38,371 nt of DNA from Solirubrobacteraceae bacterium (GTDB lineage Bacteria > Actinomycetota > Thermoleophilia > Solirubrobacterales > Solirubrobacteraceae), in assembly GCA_034664545.1 (NCBI GenBank), contig JAXDHK010000340.1:1-38371 (forward strand), written 5' to 3'. Below the pieces are notes generated by a model. That model saw only the letters and a program-made list of their open reading frames with translations, had not been told where the DNA came from and did not search any database. The position numbers and the translations under genes were made by a program. This document shows positions 8,731 through 17,570 of the stretch, piece by piece (position 1 is the stretch's first letter; every line of letters starts with the position of its first letter).

Positions 8731-9804
8731 ATGGCCGACACGACCCACCCGACGTTCACGCTGACCATCGGCTCAGTCGTCGCGACGACCGACCGCCCGA
8801 TGGCCGGCCCGACCCGCCTGGTGCTCGAGCGCGACATGGACATCGCGGCCGACGGCCTCCGGGTCCACCTGTCCGATCGGTCGGGGATCGGCCTCGACGA
8901 CCCGGTGGGGCTCGAGCTCGGGTACGGGGGGTCGGAGTCGGCGGTGTTCACCGGGACGGTCGCCCGGCTGCGTCCGGCGACGGGCGGGGTCGAGGTCTGG
9001 GCCCTCGGGGGGCTGCACCTCCTGCTCGACCTCCACTGCGGGGAGGTCTACCAGGAGCAGTCGGCCGGGGCGATCGCCCACGACCTGTTCGGGCGGGCCG
9101 GGCTCTCGGCCGGGACGGTCGACGATGGGCCGGACATCTCGCGCTTCGCGGTCGACGTCCGCTCGAGCGGCTACGTCCACCTGGCGGGCCTGGCCCAACG
9201 CCTGGGCTACGAGCTCTACGCGGACATCGCGGGCAAGGCGATGTTCCATGCCCTGGGCGCGACGGCGGGCCTCGACTCGGGAGGGGGTGGTTTTGGAGCG
9301 GTGGTCGGAGCGTCGGCCCCCGTCCCGGGCGACGTGGCGGCTGCGGGCCGGGGAGGCGAGGTCCGCTACGGGAGCGACCTGCTCGGGCTCGACGCGACCG
9401 ACGCTCCGGTGATCTGGGAGTCGGTCGACGTCGGCGGCGAGAGCCCGGTGTCCGGCCAGGGCGAGAAGACGGCGTCGTGGCTGACGACCAGGGACGCCGA
9501 CTACCGGGGGTCGTCCGGATCGGGCGGGCGCCACCTCCTGGTGATCGACCCGGCGGCCCGGACCAAGGATCTCGCCGATCGGTTCGCCGCCGGGCGGCGG
9601 GCGGCCGGGGCCCGCCGGGCGCACGAGGTCCGGATCAGCGTCCTCGGCCGCCCCGGGGTCGATCTCGGCGACACGCTCTCGGTCGCCGACCACCCCGACG
9701 CCCTGGCGAATGGGAGCGGCTACGTCCGGGCGCTCCGCCACCGGGTCGGCGAAGGCGTCGGCTTCGTCACCGACATCCGCCTGGCCCTGGAGCCGGCGGC
9801 ATGA
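8731..9804 (+). CDS. gpD-like (late control D / baseplate hub) protein, cluster 1
   Basis: ATG 8731 lies 2 nt after the RHS stop. The N-terminal pattern (TFTLTIGS...LVLERDMDIAADGLRVHL...LELGYGGSESAVFTGTV) parallels the cluster-2 gpD-like protein 29238-30470. It sits directly upstream of the spike gene. Confidence 0.65.
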   Translation: MADTTHPTFTLTIGSVVATTDRPMAGPTRLVLERDMDIAADGLRVHLSDRSGIGLDDPVGLELGYGGSESAVFTGTVARLRPATGGVEVWALGGLHLLLDLHCGEVYQEQSAGAIAHDLFGRAGLSAGTVDDGPDISRFAVDVRSSGYVHLAGLAQRLGYELYADIAGKAMFHALGATAGLDSGGGGFGAVVGASAPVPGDVAAAGRGGEVRYGSDLLGLDATDAPVIWESVDVGGESPVSGQGEKTASWLTTRDADYRGSSGSGGRHLLVIDPAARTKDLADRFAAGRRAAGARRAHEVRISVLGRPGVDLGDTLSVADHPDALANGSGYVRALRHRVGEGVGFVTDIRLALEPAA

Positions 9805-10487
9805 CCAGCGCGATGGAGATCGTCCGCCAGGTGGTTCGCGAGGAGCTCGCCCAGCGGGCCGACGGCCTGCTCGGGGTGGTCACGGCGACCTACCCGCACG
9901 CGGCCGAGGACGACGACAACAACCTCGAGGTCGACGTCCGCCTCAAGCACGAGGACCTCGAGCTCCGCCGGGTCCCGGTCGGGGTCTCCCACGTCGGCGC
10001 GGCCGCCCCGCCCCGGGTCGGCGAGCTCGTGCTCGTCCGCCTGGTCGACGGCCAGATCAACCAGCCGCTGGTGACCAGCCGCTTCTACCACGCCGACGAG
10101 CGGCCGCCGCTCGCCCAGGAGAACGAGGTCCTGCTCGAGCACCGGGTGCCCGACGGGACGCTCAACCATCTCCGGTTCATGGCCGACGGGACGATGCTCC
10201 TCCAGCGGGACGTGACCAAGCCCAGGGACGGGACCGAGGCGAAGACGACGATCAGGATCGACGGGGGGACCGGGGACGTCCGGATCGAGGCGGGCGCGGA
10301 CATCGTCGTCGAGCTGAAGAACGGCTCGGAGATCAGCATCACGAGCAAGGACAAGCCGGTGAGCGTGAAGTGCAGGACGCTCGCGATCGAGGGGAACGTC
10401 GAGATCACCGGCGACCTGACCGTCCAGTCCTCGGCCGGGGGCAGCCCGGGGACGAAGATCAGCGGCCACACGATCACGGGGATGTGA
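9801..10487 (+). CDS. baseplate spike protein (gpV / gp5 OB-fold plus beta-helix)
   Basis: ATGA overlap (9801/9804). The sequence RRVPVGVSHVGAAAPPRVGELVLVRLVDGQINQPLVTSRFY is a gpV/VgrG OB-fold signature. The C-terminus has repetitive beta-strand segments (DVRIEAGADIVVELKNGSEISITSKDKPVSVKCRTLAIEGNVEITGDLTV). Confidence 0.7.
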   Translation: MTSAMEIVRQVVREELAQRADGLLGVVTATYPHAAEDDDNNLEVDVRLKHEDLELRRVPVGVSHVGAAAPPRVGELVLVRLVDGQINQPLVTSRFYHADERPPLAQENEVLLEHRVPDGTLNHLRFMADGTMLLQRDVTKPRDGTEAKTTIRIDGGTGDVRIEAGADIVVELKNGSEISITSKDKPVSVKCRTLAIEGNVEITGDLTVQSSAGGSPGTKISGHTITGM

Positions 10488-10903
10488 TGGGGGACCTCGT
10501 GCTCAAGGGGATGCTCAGCCTCGGGGGTACCCTCGACCTCGCCCCCAAGCCTCCGGGCGGGAAGGTGATGGTCGAGGCGGTCGAGGTGCTGGTCGAGGGA
10601 GCCGAGGGCATGGGCACCGTGCCCGTGCTCCTTCCCGGGCCGCCCCCTCCCCCGGCCGATCAGGGCCTCGGCGTGAAGGTGCCGGTTTCGTTCAACAAGA
10701 CGGTGACCGCCGGCGGTGCGGCGATCGTCACCCAGGGGATGTGCTTCCAGGGAAGCAGCGGGACCTGGCCGGGGATCGTCCTGCCGAGCCTCGGCAACAC
10801 GACGGTCATGGCCAACGGGATCCCGATGAACCTGGTCGGCGATCAGGCGACCATCCTCCCGACCGGCGCTCCCGCGGTTCTCGACAAGTCGGGGCAGAAA
10901 TGA
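10487..10903 (+). CDS. PAAR-like spike-tip protein with N-terminal extension
   Basis: TGATG overlap (10485-10489). TVTAGGAAIVTQG and TVMANGIPMNLVGDQAT resemble the two PAAR motifs of 31128-31406 (TVLIGGLPAAVVGD, VLIGGRPALRVGDVAG). It lies immediately after the spike gene. Confidence 0.4.
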   Translation: MGDLVLKGMLSLGGTLDLAPKPPGGKVMVEAVEVLVEGAEGMGTVPVLLPGPPPPPADQGLGVKVPVSFNKTVTAGGAAIVTQGMCFQGSSGTWPGIVLPSLGNTTVMANGIPMNLVGDQATILPTGAPAVLDKSGQK

Positions 10904-11688
10904 CGGCGGTCGGGCTCGAGATCGTCAAGCCGGTCCACGACAGCGTCGTCCGCGGGACCGAGCGGGTCGAGCTCCAGGGGAAGGTGGCTCCGCTCGCGCC
11001 GGAGCTCGCCCGGGGGGTCGAGCTGCACTTCCGGTGGTACTCGAGCCTCCATCCGGGGAGCGCCGACGACTACGCCCTGACCGACTCGGTCCCCGACCCG
11101 GCACTGAGCGTCGCGGAGCCCGCCGGGCCGGTGGCCACGGGGGTCTGGAAGGACCCGCTCACCCCGGGCACCCACGCCATCACGCTGGCCGTCACCGACC
11201 AGCCGGGCCAGGACAAGGACTCGGCGGCGGCGGTCAAGCACGGCGGGGTCACCGGCGGGGCGCAGGACCCGACCCCGTGCGTCGTCCACGTCCTACGGGC
11301 GGCGCTCGCCCCGGCGGAGGGGCCGGGAACGCTCAGTCGGTCCGGGTGCACGATCGGGGTGGCCGGTCCGTCAGTGTGGACTACGAAGCCCTACCAGGAC
11401 GTCAACCGGGTGCGCTTTCGCTTCGTCTTCCGGGACGCTCGCGGAAACACGGTGGCCGACCCCGCTCCCGAGATCGGGACGGTGACGCCGGATGCCGACG
11501 AGAAGCTCGTCTACCGCGGGCCGTGGGCGCCCGACCCCGACCATCCGGGTGTCCTGCGCTACCAGGGGACGCTGCCGGCGAGTCTGGTCGACGGCCGCTA
11601 CACCCTGAGCGTACGGGTCGAGGTTGTCGGCGACGCGACGGTGTTCGACGAGTCGACCCCGGGGGTCGGGGTGAAGGTCGTCCCGTGA
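10900..11688 (+). CDS. hypothetical beta-rich (Ig-like, two-domain) protein
   Basis: ATGA overlap (10900/10903), 262 aa, high GC3. Beta-sandwich-like stretches are present (VELQGKV...GTHAITLAVTDQPG; RYTLSVRVEVVGDATV). Cluster 2 has no counterpart. Confidence 0.5.
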   Translation: MTAVGLEIVKPVHDSVVRGTERVELQGKVAPLAPELARGVELHFRWYSSLHPGSADDYALTDSVPDPALSVAEPAGPVATGVWKDPLTPGTHAITLAVTDQPGQDKDSAAAVKHGGVTGGAQDPTPCVVHVLRAALAPAEGPGTLSRSGCTIGVAGPSVWTTKPYQDVNRVRFRFVFRDARGNTVADPAPEIGTVTPDADEKLVYRGPWAPDPDHPGVLRYQGTLPASLVDGRYTLSVRVEVVGDATVFDESTPGVGVKVVP

Positions 11689-12107
11689 CCGACCGCGACG
11701 CCCTCTTCGGCGACGACCTGCGCCTGCGCGAGGTGAGCTGGGGCCTCGACCTGGTCGGAGCGGCCGGCGACCTCGACCTCGTCCACGGGGCGGACACGAT
11801 CAGCCAGGCGCTCCGGATGCGCCTGGTCGTCCGCCAGGGCGAGCTGGCGGGGGTCGGGTGGCCGGACTACGGGTCGCGCCTGCAGGAGCTGATCGGCGAG
11901 CCGAACCTGGCCCGGACCCAGGCCCGGGCGATGACGCTGGCCCGGGACGCGATCGAGGCGGACCCGCGGGTGGTCAAGGTGAGCCGGATCGGAGCGAGCG
12001 TCCCCTTCGGAAACCGCGATGTCGTCCGCCTGGACATGGACATCGACCTGATCACCGAGCCGACGCCGCTCAACCTCGTCGTCGACGTCGCGTTGGGAGC
12101 CCGATGA
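11685..12107 (+). CDS. gp25/GPW-like baseplate wedge protein, cluster 1
   Basis: GTGA overlap (11685/11688), 140 aa. GADTISQALRMRLVVRQGEL...YGSRLQELIGEP fits the GPW/gp25 pattern (compare GEDVRQAIRTILATSRGERQMRPEFGAGLDELLF in 31410-31835). It lies directly upstream of baseplate J. Confidence 0.6.
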   Translation: MTDRDALFGDDLRLREVSWGLDLVGAAGDLDLVHGADTISQALRMRLVVRQGELAGVGWPDYGSRLQELIGEPNLARTQARAMTLARDAIEADPRVVKVSRIGASVPFGNRDVVRLDMDIDLITEPTPLNLVVDVALGAR

Positions 12108-14068
12108 TCGATCCCGGCCATCCGTTCTCCACCGGGTTCGCCGACGTGATCGCGGCCGTCGAGGACCGGCTGCGAAACGGGACCGAGCAGCCGGCGAGGT
12201 GGCGGCCGGTGTTCCAGAAGGCGATCAACGCCTACGAGCTCCCGCAGGAGGCGAGCGGGATCACGTCGGTCGCGGGGAGGGTGGGCGGCGTCTACACGGT
12301 CTTCGCCCCGGCTTCGGGGGAGGTCCCGAGCGTCGGCGACTACCGGTTCGCGGACAATCGGCTGATCTGGGTCGACGGGGGCCGGCGGCCGACGGACCTG
12401 ACCCGGGTGGACGTCGAGTACACCTACCGAGAGCGCCAGTCCGGGCTGACCGACTTCAACGAGGGGAGCGTCGCCGGAACGCTCGTCCGGGCGGTCGCCC
12501 GGGAGATGACGACGATCTACGAGCAGATGGACCAGGCCTACCGGCGGGCGTTCATCGACGGGGCGTCCGGCGTCGCCCTCGACAGCGTCGTGGCCCTGGT
12601 CGGCGCGGTGCGCATCCCAACGATCAAGGCGACCGGCGCCGTGACCTACTCACGTCAGACGGCGGCTGGAGACGAGGTCAAGATCCCGGCGCGGAGCCGG
12701 GTCGCGGATCGTCAGGGACGGACGTTCTTGTCGGTCGCGGACGCGTCGATCCCACCCTGGCGGGAGGAGTTCGCCACCCAGACCGGTGGGGTGGTGCAGA
12801 CGGTCGACCAAATCGCGGCGGTCACCGGCACCGCGTCGGGCACGATCCTCGGGGTGTGGGCGGCGGCCACGGCGACCACGTTCGACCCGGGGAAGCCGCC
12901 GCCGCTCGGGCTGGTGGCCGACCCAGCGAAGCCGTTCGGCGGCGACGAGCGCACGATCGCGCTCGCCCCTCCCACCGGTGGCGCGGCGCTTCCCAACGAG
13001 GTACGCATCCGCTACAGCCCCAAGAGCGTGACCGTCGGGGTCGAGGCCGCCGTGGCCGGACCGGAGAGCAACGTCCCGGCGGGGACCGTCATCGTCATGC
13101 CGACTCCTCCTACCGGGATCAGCGGCGTAACCAACGAAGCGCCGATCGATGGGGGTCGGGTTGCCGAGACCGACGACCGTCTCCGCGAGCGGGCCAAGCA
13201 CGCGCTCGAGCGCGCGGGAAACGCCACGATCGGAGCGCTGCGGTTCGCCGTCCTCGGGATCGAGGGCGTAGACGAGGTCCAGGTCGTCGACTTCGCCGCC
13301 GACAGCACGCTCCCTCCCGGGGAGGTCCGGCTGCGCATCTCGGCCGCCCACCCCGACCTGGTGCGCGGGGGGGTCGAACGCGTGGTCGACGTGACGCGGG
13401 CGGCTGGGGTGCGGGTCACGATCGACGTGATCGAGACGGTGCTGGTCACTGGACGGTTCGTCCTCGTCCCGGACGTCGACGGGGCGCCGGGGGCGAAGGA
13501 CCAATTCATCGAGGCGGTGATCGCTGCCATGCTCGCCCTCCCGGTCGGGGCGCCGCTGCAGGCGCGCCGGCTGAACGCGCTCGCCTTCGGGATCGGCGGG
13601 CTCGCGGACGTGGTCGAGGCGCAGCTGACCACCGTCGGCGGGGTTCCCGCTCCGGATCCGCTCGTCGTCGATCCCGGTCGGGTCGTGCGTCCGGACCAGG
13701 CTCACCTCGGCACCATGCTGCTAGAGCGGCTCGAGGCGACGGTCAAGACGCCCGGGACACCGGAGATCACGGTGCGACTCCTCGACGCCGCGGGCACGGC
13801 GATGGCGGCGCAGCGCGTGGTCGGGCTCGACGCGTCGGTCGAGATCAGCGCGAGGCTGAAGACGTCGGCGACGCGCGCGCCCGAGATCGTGGGCACGTTC
13901 GCCGGCCGGTTGACGTTCGATCGGTCCACCGAGGCGACGCTCGAGGTGACGGCCGCGAACGCTCCGAACTTCCGACCCGACGATCACGATCCGACCGTCA
14001 CCGTCAAGATCGCCGCGAGCGCCTACCCCGGGCTCTTGCCGGCCACCACCCTCCTGGGGCTGAGGTAG
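12104..14068 (+). CDS. baseplate J-like protein (gp6/gpJ family), cluster 1
   Basis: ATGA overlap (12104/12107), 654 aa. It contains FNEGSVAGTLVRAVAREMTTIYEQMDQAYRRAFIDGASGVALDSVVALVG, typical of the Baseplate_J core. It sits between the gp25-like and gpI-like genes. Confidence 0.7.
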   Translation: MIDPGHPFSTGFADVIAAVEDRLRNGTEQPARWRPVFQKAINAYELPQEASGITSVAGRVGGVYTVFAPASGEVPSVGDYRFADNRLIWVDGGRRPTDLTRVDVEYTYRERQSGLTDFNEGSVAGTLVRAVAREMTTIYEQMDQAYRRAFIDGASGVALDSVVALVGAVRIPTIKATGAVTYSRQTAAGDEVKIPARSRVADRQGRTFLSVADASIPPWREEFATQTGGVVQTVDQIAAVTGTASGTILGVWAAATATTFDPGKPPPLGLVADPAKPFGGDERTIALAPPTGGAALPNEVRIRYSPKSVTVGVEAAVAGPESNVPAGTVIVMPTPPTGISGVTNEAPIDGGRVAETDDRLRERAKHALERAGNATIGALRFAVLGIEGVDEVQVVDFAADSTLPPGEVRLRISAAHPDLVRGGVERVVDVTRAAGVRVTIDVIETVLVTGRFVLVPDVDGAPGAKDQFIEAVIAAMLALPVGAPLQARRLNALAFGIGGLADVVEAQLTTVGGVPAPDPLVVDPGRVVRPDQAHLGTMLLERLEATVKTPGTPEITVRLLDAAGTAMAAQRVVGLDASVEISARLKTSATRAPEIVGTFAGRLTFDRSTEATLEVTAANAPNFRPDDHDPTVTVKIAASAYPGLLPATTLLGLR

Positions 14069-14073
14069 CCGGC

Positions 14074-15447
14074 GTGTCCGTGAAGACCGACCGCCTGACC
14101 GCGCTGCTGCCCGACGCCTACGGCGCGACGGAGTCGGAGTCCCTCCTCTCCCGTCTGCTCGACGCGGTCGCCGCCGAGCTGATGGTTGCCGACGACAAGG
14201 TGAAGGCGCTGCTCAAGTCCCACTGGGTCGACTACGCCGAGGACGCGGCGCTTGACGGGCTCGGGGCGATCTACGGCGTCGATCGCCGCCGGTTGCCCGA
14301 CGGAACGCCGGAGGGGGACGACGGGCTCCGGCGCCGGGTGCGGTCCGTCGTTCCCCTGTTCACTGGCGGCGGCACGAGGCGCGCCGTCACGGGGGCCGTC
14401 CGGTCCGCGCTCGGACTGCCCTTCGATCTCGCCACGCTCGACGTGCCGCCGGAGCTACGCGACGACCTCGAGCAGCTCGTAAGGCTCGACGAATTCCCGG
14501 TCACCGACGAAGAGGTCGAGTACGGGCCGACGCGGATCGTCGTCGAGCGCGTCGCGGAGGTTGGGGAGGAGGCCGCCCTCTACGTCGACATCGTGGCATA
14601 CGCGGCGGAGGTCGCTCCGGCGCGGATCACGTTGACGATGGGTTCAGCCGGCCTCGATCCGTCGATCGAATCGATCGGGTCGTCGTTCCGGGTAGGGGTG
14701 CGGACCGACCCCGCAAAGCCCCTGTTCCTCCCGGCCGGGAGCGTCGTCCACTTCGAGACGACCGCCGCCGGAGAGTTCAGTGCGGCGCTCGAAGGCTTCG
14801 GCGACGTGGGCGACCGGTTTGTCGGCCTCGACGGAGGCCCACCGCGCCTGCCGTCGGTACCCACCGAGCCGAGCCGCTGGCGCTTCGCCGCCCGGGGGGC
14901 GCAGTTCGACGTGTCCGGGTTCGACGCCCACTTCGACACCAGTCCGACCGACGACCAAGCGCGGTTCGACGAGATGACGTTCGACGGCTTCTTCGACGCG
15001 ACGCCGGACGACGGGGAGCCGTTCGATTCGCCGCACTTCGCCGTCGCGATGACCTGGACACGGGCGCAGCCGCTCGTGTTCGACCTCACGGTGCCGTGGT
15101 CGGCGGAGGCAGCCGTCGCGGCCATCCTCGGCCGGCATGGCTACACCGGCAAGGTGTTCGTGTTCGCCGGCCTGGGGCAGGATGCGGTCAAGCAGGTGGT
15201 CGAGCAGACGCGGGCGGCCGGGGTTCGAGCGAACCTGTACTTCTCGGTCCTGGCCGCCGAGGACCAGGACGTGCGCGAGTCCTTCTCGGAGGGCAGGCGC
15301 CTGGTCTCCGAGGACGCCGACGCCACCGATTCGCTCCGGCTCGCCCGGGCGAATCGCATGGTCGAGTCCCTCGACGCTCGCGACGCGGCTGGGGTCGCGA
15401 GCGATCTCGACATCGCAGCCTTCGACGGTTCGTTCGTCTTCACATGA
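14074..15447 (+). CDS. gpI-like tail/baseplate protein with long C-terminal extension
   Basis: GTG 14074 lies 5 nt after the J stop. The N-terminus LTALLPDAYGATESESLLSRLLDAVAAELM...LDGLGAIYGV is a P2 gpI / eCIS tail-protein signature. The C-terminal part contains an acidic FD-rich segment (FDVSGFDAHFD...RFDEMTFDGFFDATPDDGEPFD). Confidence 0.6.
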   Translation: MSVKTDRLTALLPDAYGATESESLLSRLLDAVAAELMVADDKVKALLKSHWVDYAEDAALDGLGAIYGVDRRRLPDGTPEGDDGLRRRVRSVVPLFTGGGTRRAVTGAVRSALGLPFDLATLDVPPELRDDLEQLVRLDEFPVTDEEVEYGPTRIVVERVAEVGEEAALYVDIVAYAAEVAPARITLTMGSAGLDPSIESIGSSFRVGVRTDPAKPLFLPAGSVVHFETTAAGEFSAALEGFGDVGDRFVGLDGGPPRLPSVPTEPSRWRFAARGAQFDVSGFDAHFDTSPTDDQARFDEMTFDGFFDATPDDGEPFDSPHFAVAMTWTRAQPLVFDLTVPWSAEAAVAAILGRHGYTGKVFVFAGLGQDAVKQVVEQTRAAGVRANLYFSVLAAEDQDVRESFSEGRRLVSEDADATDSLRLARANRMVESLDARDAAGVASDLDIAAFDGSFVFT

Positions 15448-15459
15448 GAGGAGAGCACC

Positions 15460-15951
15460 TTGCTTGAACGTACGGACATGCGCGGCGCGGTAGTGGTCGA
15501 GCTTTCGGACCGCTCGGGGACGGTAGTCCATAGGCAGCGTCAGGGGAACCGGATCGTCCTCAGCGGAAGGCGCCTGGTCGCGGACATGTTCGCGGGGACG
15601 GGGTCAGGGGGCACACCGACCAAGGTCACCCACGTCGGCGTCGGGACGGACGGGACCCCTCCGGCCGACGGCCAGACCGCGCTGCTCGCCGAGCGGAGCC
15701 CGCGGAGTCCGATCAGCCAGGTCGACGTCCAGAACGTGGTCGAGGGACAGGACTCCGACACGGTCCAGAGGTCGCGCGTATCGCTCACTGCGGTCTTTGA
15801 TTTCGACCAGGCGAACGGGACCGAGCCGCTCCGCGAGGCGGCCGTGTTCACCGCCGACGCGGACGGCGTCATGTACAACCGCGTGCTGCTCGATTCCGTC
15901 AGCAAGACAAACGCGTTCAAGCTAACCGTCCTCTGGGACATTGTTTTCTGA
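15460..15951 (+). CDS. hypothetical tail/fibre-region protein
   Basis: TTG 15460 lies 5-10 nt downstream of GAGGAGAG; ATG 15478 is an alternative start. 163 aa and beta-rich (VGVGTDGTPPADGQTALLAE...KLTVLWDIVF). It lies in the distal tail region after gpI. Confidence 0.45.
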   Translation: MLERTDMRGAVVVELSDRSGTVVHRQRQGNRIVLSGRRLVADMFAGTGSGGTPTKVTHVGVGTDGTPPADGQTALLAERSPRSPISQVDVQNVVEGQDSDTVQRSRVSLTAVFDFDQANGTEPLREAAVFTADADGVMYNRVLLDSVSKTNAFKLTVLWDIVF

Positions 15952-15965
15952 AGCTAAGGAGCCCC

Positions 15966-16547
15966 ATGACAGTCCCTCCAAACGTATATCCCAAGGGTCG
16001 CGGAGACGCGGTCAAGTCCCAAGATTGGAACGACGGCTTCGCCGAGGTCGATCGACTCGACGCGACGAAGGTGAGCACGACCGGCGGCCAGATTGACGGG
16101 ACGCTGGACGTGAAGCAACTCGTGGTGGCGGAACCGGTCCCGGCGCTCACGGTGGGCGACTTGACGGTGAATCAGAGCATGACGGTCCCGTCCGGCGCAC
16201 TGGGGGTTGTCCTCGGCATGCACCCGATCTTCCTGTCGGGACTCAACCTGCCCCACCAGACGACCGGGTTCCTCAGCATCGAGCAATATCCGGTCAACTC
16301 CCCCCCACTCGGGCCCCCGGCATTCTTCCGGCTCCTGTCCGCGAATCCGCCCACAGCGGTGACGGTCTTGAGCGAAGTGGTGACCGACGTCTCCAATTCG
16401 GTGTCGGGCCTCAAGGCGATCGTCCGCGTCTATTCGTTCCAGCAGATCTCGGGAGCGCCGATAACTCTCGACCTCGTTGTGTTCACATCGGTGCCGGAAT
16501 CGGACTTCAAGCCGGAATGGCGCGTTCGTAACCTCGGCGGCCTCTGA
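15966..16547 (+). CDS. short tail-fibre-like protein
   Basis: ATG 15966 is preceded by AAGGAG (15955-15960). The N-terminal YPKGRGDAVKSQDWNDGFAEVDRLDATKVSTTGGQIDGTLDV matches the common fibre N-terminal pattern (D-W-N ... K ... GG-x-h-x-G-x-L). It sits in the AT-richer part of the window. Confidence 0.5.
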   Translation: MTVPPNVYPKGRGDAVKSQDWNDGFAEVDRLDATKVSTTGGQIDGTLDVKQLVVAEPVPALTVGDLTVNQSMTVPSGALGVVLGMHPIFLSGLNLPHQTTGFLSIEQYPVNSPPLGPPAFFRLLSANPPTAVTVLSEVVTDVSNSVSGLKAIVRVYSFQQISGAPITLDLVVFTSVPESDFKPEWRVRNLGGL

Positions 16548-16565
16548 GCGGCGCGGCGCTCCGCG

Positions 16566-17375
16566 ATGTCTGGTGCTCCTGTCCTGCCCGCGGAGCTCGA
16601 AGTTGCTCTCGCGAGCCTCCTGCAGGCCTCGCTGCCCGGCCTCTTCGGCGGTGCGACGCCGGTCGTCCGCCTGACCGTCGCCACCGACGCCACCGAGATC
16701 TTGGCGCGGGAAGCGGAGGCCGTCGTGGGTGACCCGCGAGGCGACCCGCGCCCGGCCGACCAGGTCGACGAGCTGCCGTTCGACCGGACGAAGCCGGCGG
16801 GACCGTACACGCTCAGCCTCGCGCCCTATCCCGGTCCGCGCCGGGTGCGATTGGTCTCCCCGGGCGGGGTGACGCCCCTGGGCGACGCCGAGGTCGAGTG
16901 GGGCCAGGTAGATCCGCGCAAGTTGATCCTCCACCCAAGTGCCGGCCGGGACCTCTCGACGGTCACCGGCGTCGAGGTGCTCTACGGGGTGACCGCCGTC
17001 TTCGCGACCGTGGCGACGCGGCGGACGTTCGGGCTCTCGCTCGATGCCCAGCCGGCGGACACGTCGAGGCTCGCCGGGGCCGTCGCGCTCGCCCTGTCGG
17101 TGATCGAGCTCAACCGCGAGGCGCTGACCGCTGCGGCGTCGGTAACCTACGGCGGCGGCGACTACGGAGCCAGCTCGACGATCAAGCGCCTACGAATGGT
17201 CGGCGTGACCGCGCCGAAGAGCACCACGCGCCTCCTGACGCTCCAGGCCGACGCAACGCTCACGCTGAAGCGCGCCCTGCGCGAGTTCGAGGGCGCCCCG
17301 ATTGAGCACATACGTACCCCGGGTCGGGCTCCCGGCGGACGGCCGGTCGAGATCGACATCGGTCTGGGCGGTTGA
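16566..17375 (+). CDS. hypothetical protein, last gene of cluster 1 (weak DUF4255/cap-like resemblance)
   Basis: 269-aa ORF with high GC3. The N-terminal LEVALASLLQASLPGLFGG and the later RRTFGLSLDA...LAGAVALALSV loosely recall DUF4255 features of 23989-24879. The resemblance is too weak for a firm call. Confidence 0.45.
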   Translation: MSGAPVLPAELEVALASLLQASLPGLFGGATPVVRLTVATDATEILAREAEAVVGDPRGDPRPADQVDELPFDRTKPAGPYTLSLAPYPGPRRVRLVSPGGVTPLGDAEVEWGQVDPRKLILHPSAGRDLSTVTGVEVLYGVTAVFATVATRRTFGLSLDAQPADTSRLAGAVALALSVIELNREALTAAASVTYGGGDYGASSTIKRLRMVGVTAPKSTTRLLTLQADATLTLKRALREFEGAPIEHIRTPGRAPGGRPVEIDIGLGG

Positions 17376-17534
17376 GCAGCGACCCTCCAGAGAACGACCG
17401 GGGAGTGCCTGACGTCGGCAGGACCGGATTCGTCAGTCCCTTCTCGGTGCCAACGATCGACATGGGGTCACACTGACCTGTCGGCGGCACGAACCCCGGC
17501 GCGGCGCGACCCGACCGAGCGAAGCCCGGAGCAC

Positions 17535-17563
17535 TTGAACGGATCGGCTTAACCGCACATACT
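17535..17563 (+). promoter_or_regulatory. sigma70-like promoter, apparently leaderless for the 17571 gene
   Basis: TTGAAC (17535-17540), a 17-nt spacer, then CATACT (17558-17563). ATG 17571 lies 8 nt after the -10 hexamer and has no Shine-Dalgarno sequence. The promoter sits in a 195-nt intergenic gap. Confidence 0.4.
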
Positions 17564-17570
17564 GGGCACG

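Noticed and set aside
12199-14073. Long alternative-frame + strand ORFs with Arg/Pro/Gly-rich translations. These include the N-terminal parts of 12199-15447, 22036-24879, 9477-10487, 9710-10903, 11034-12107 and 28497-30470. The ORFs 32437-35058, 35500-36507, 26009-27370 and 19661-20869 belong here as well.
   Set aside because: The upstream portions overlap better-supported genes in another frame and read as RRGRP-type low complexity. The real genes start at internal ATG/GTG codons that form 4-nt overlaps with the preceding stop.
1-17375. Calling cluster 1 simply a prophage tail module
   Set aside because: No head, portal, terminase, integrase or lysis gene is visible. The gpI-like and J-like proteins look eCIS-type, and an RHS toxin is embedded. 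It cannot be fully excluded because the region upstream of the sheath is outside the window.
17409-17436. CTGACG ... CGTCAG hairpin after the last cluster-1 gene, considered as a terminator
   Set aside because: It has only a 6-bp stem with a 16-nt loop and no U-tract. It is plausible but unsupported from sequence alone.
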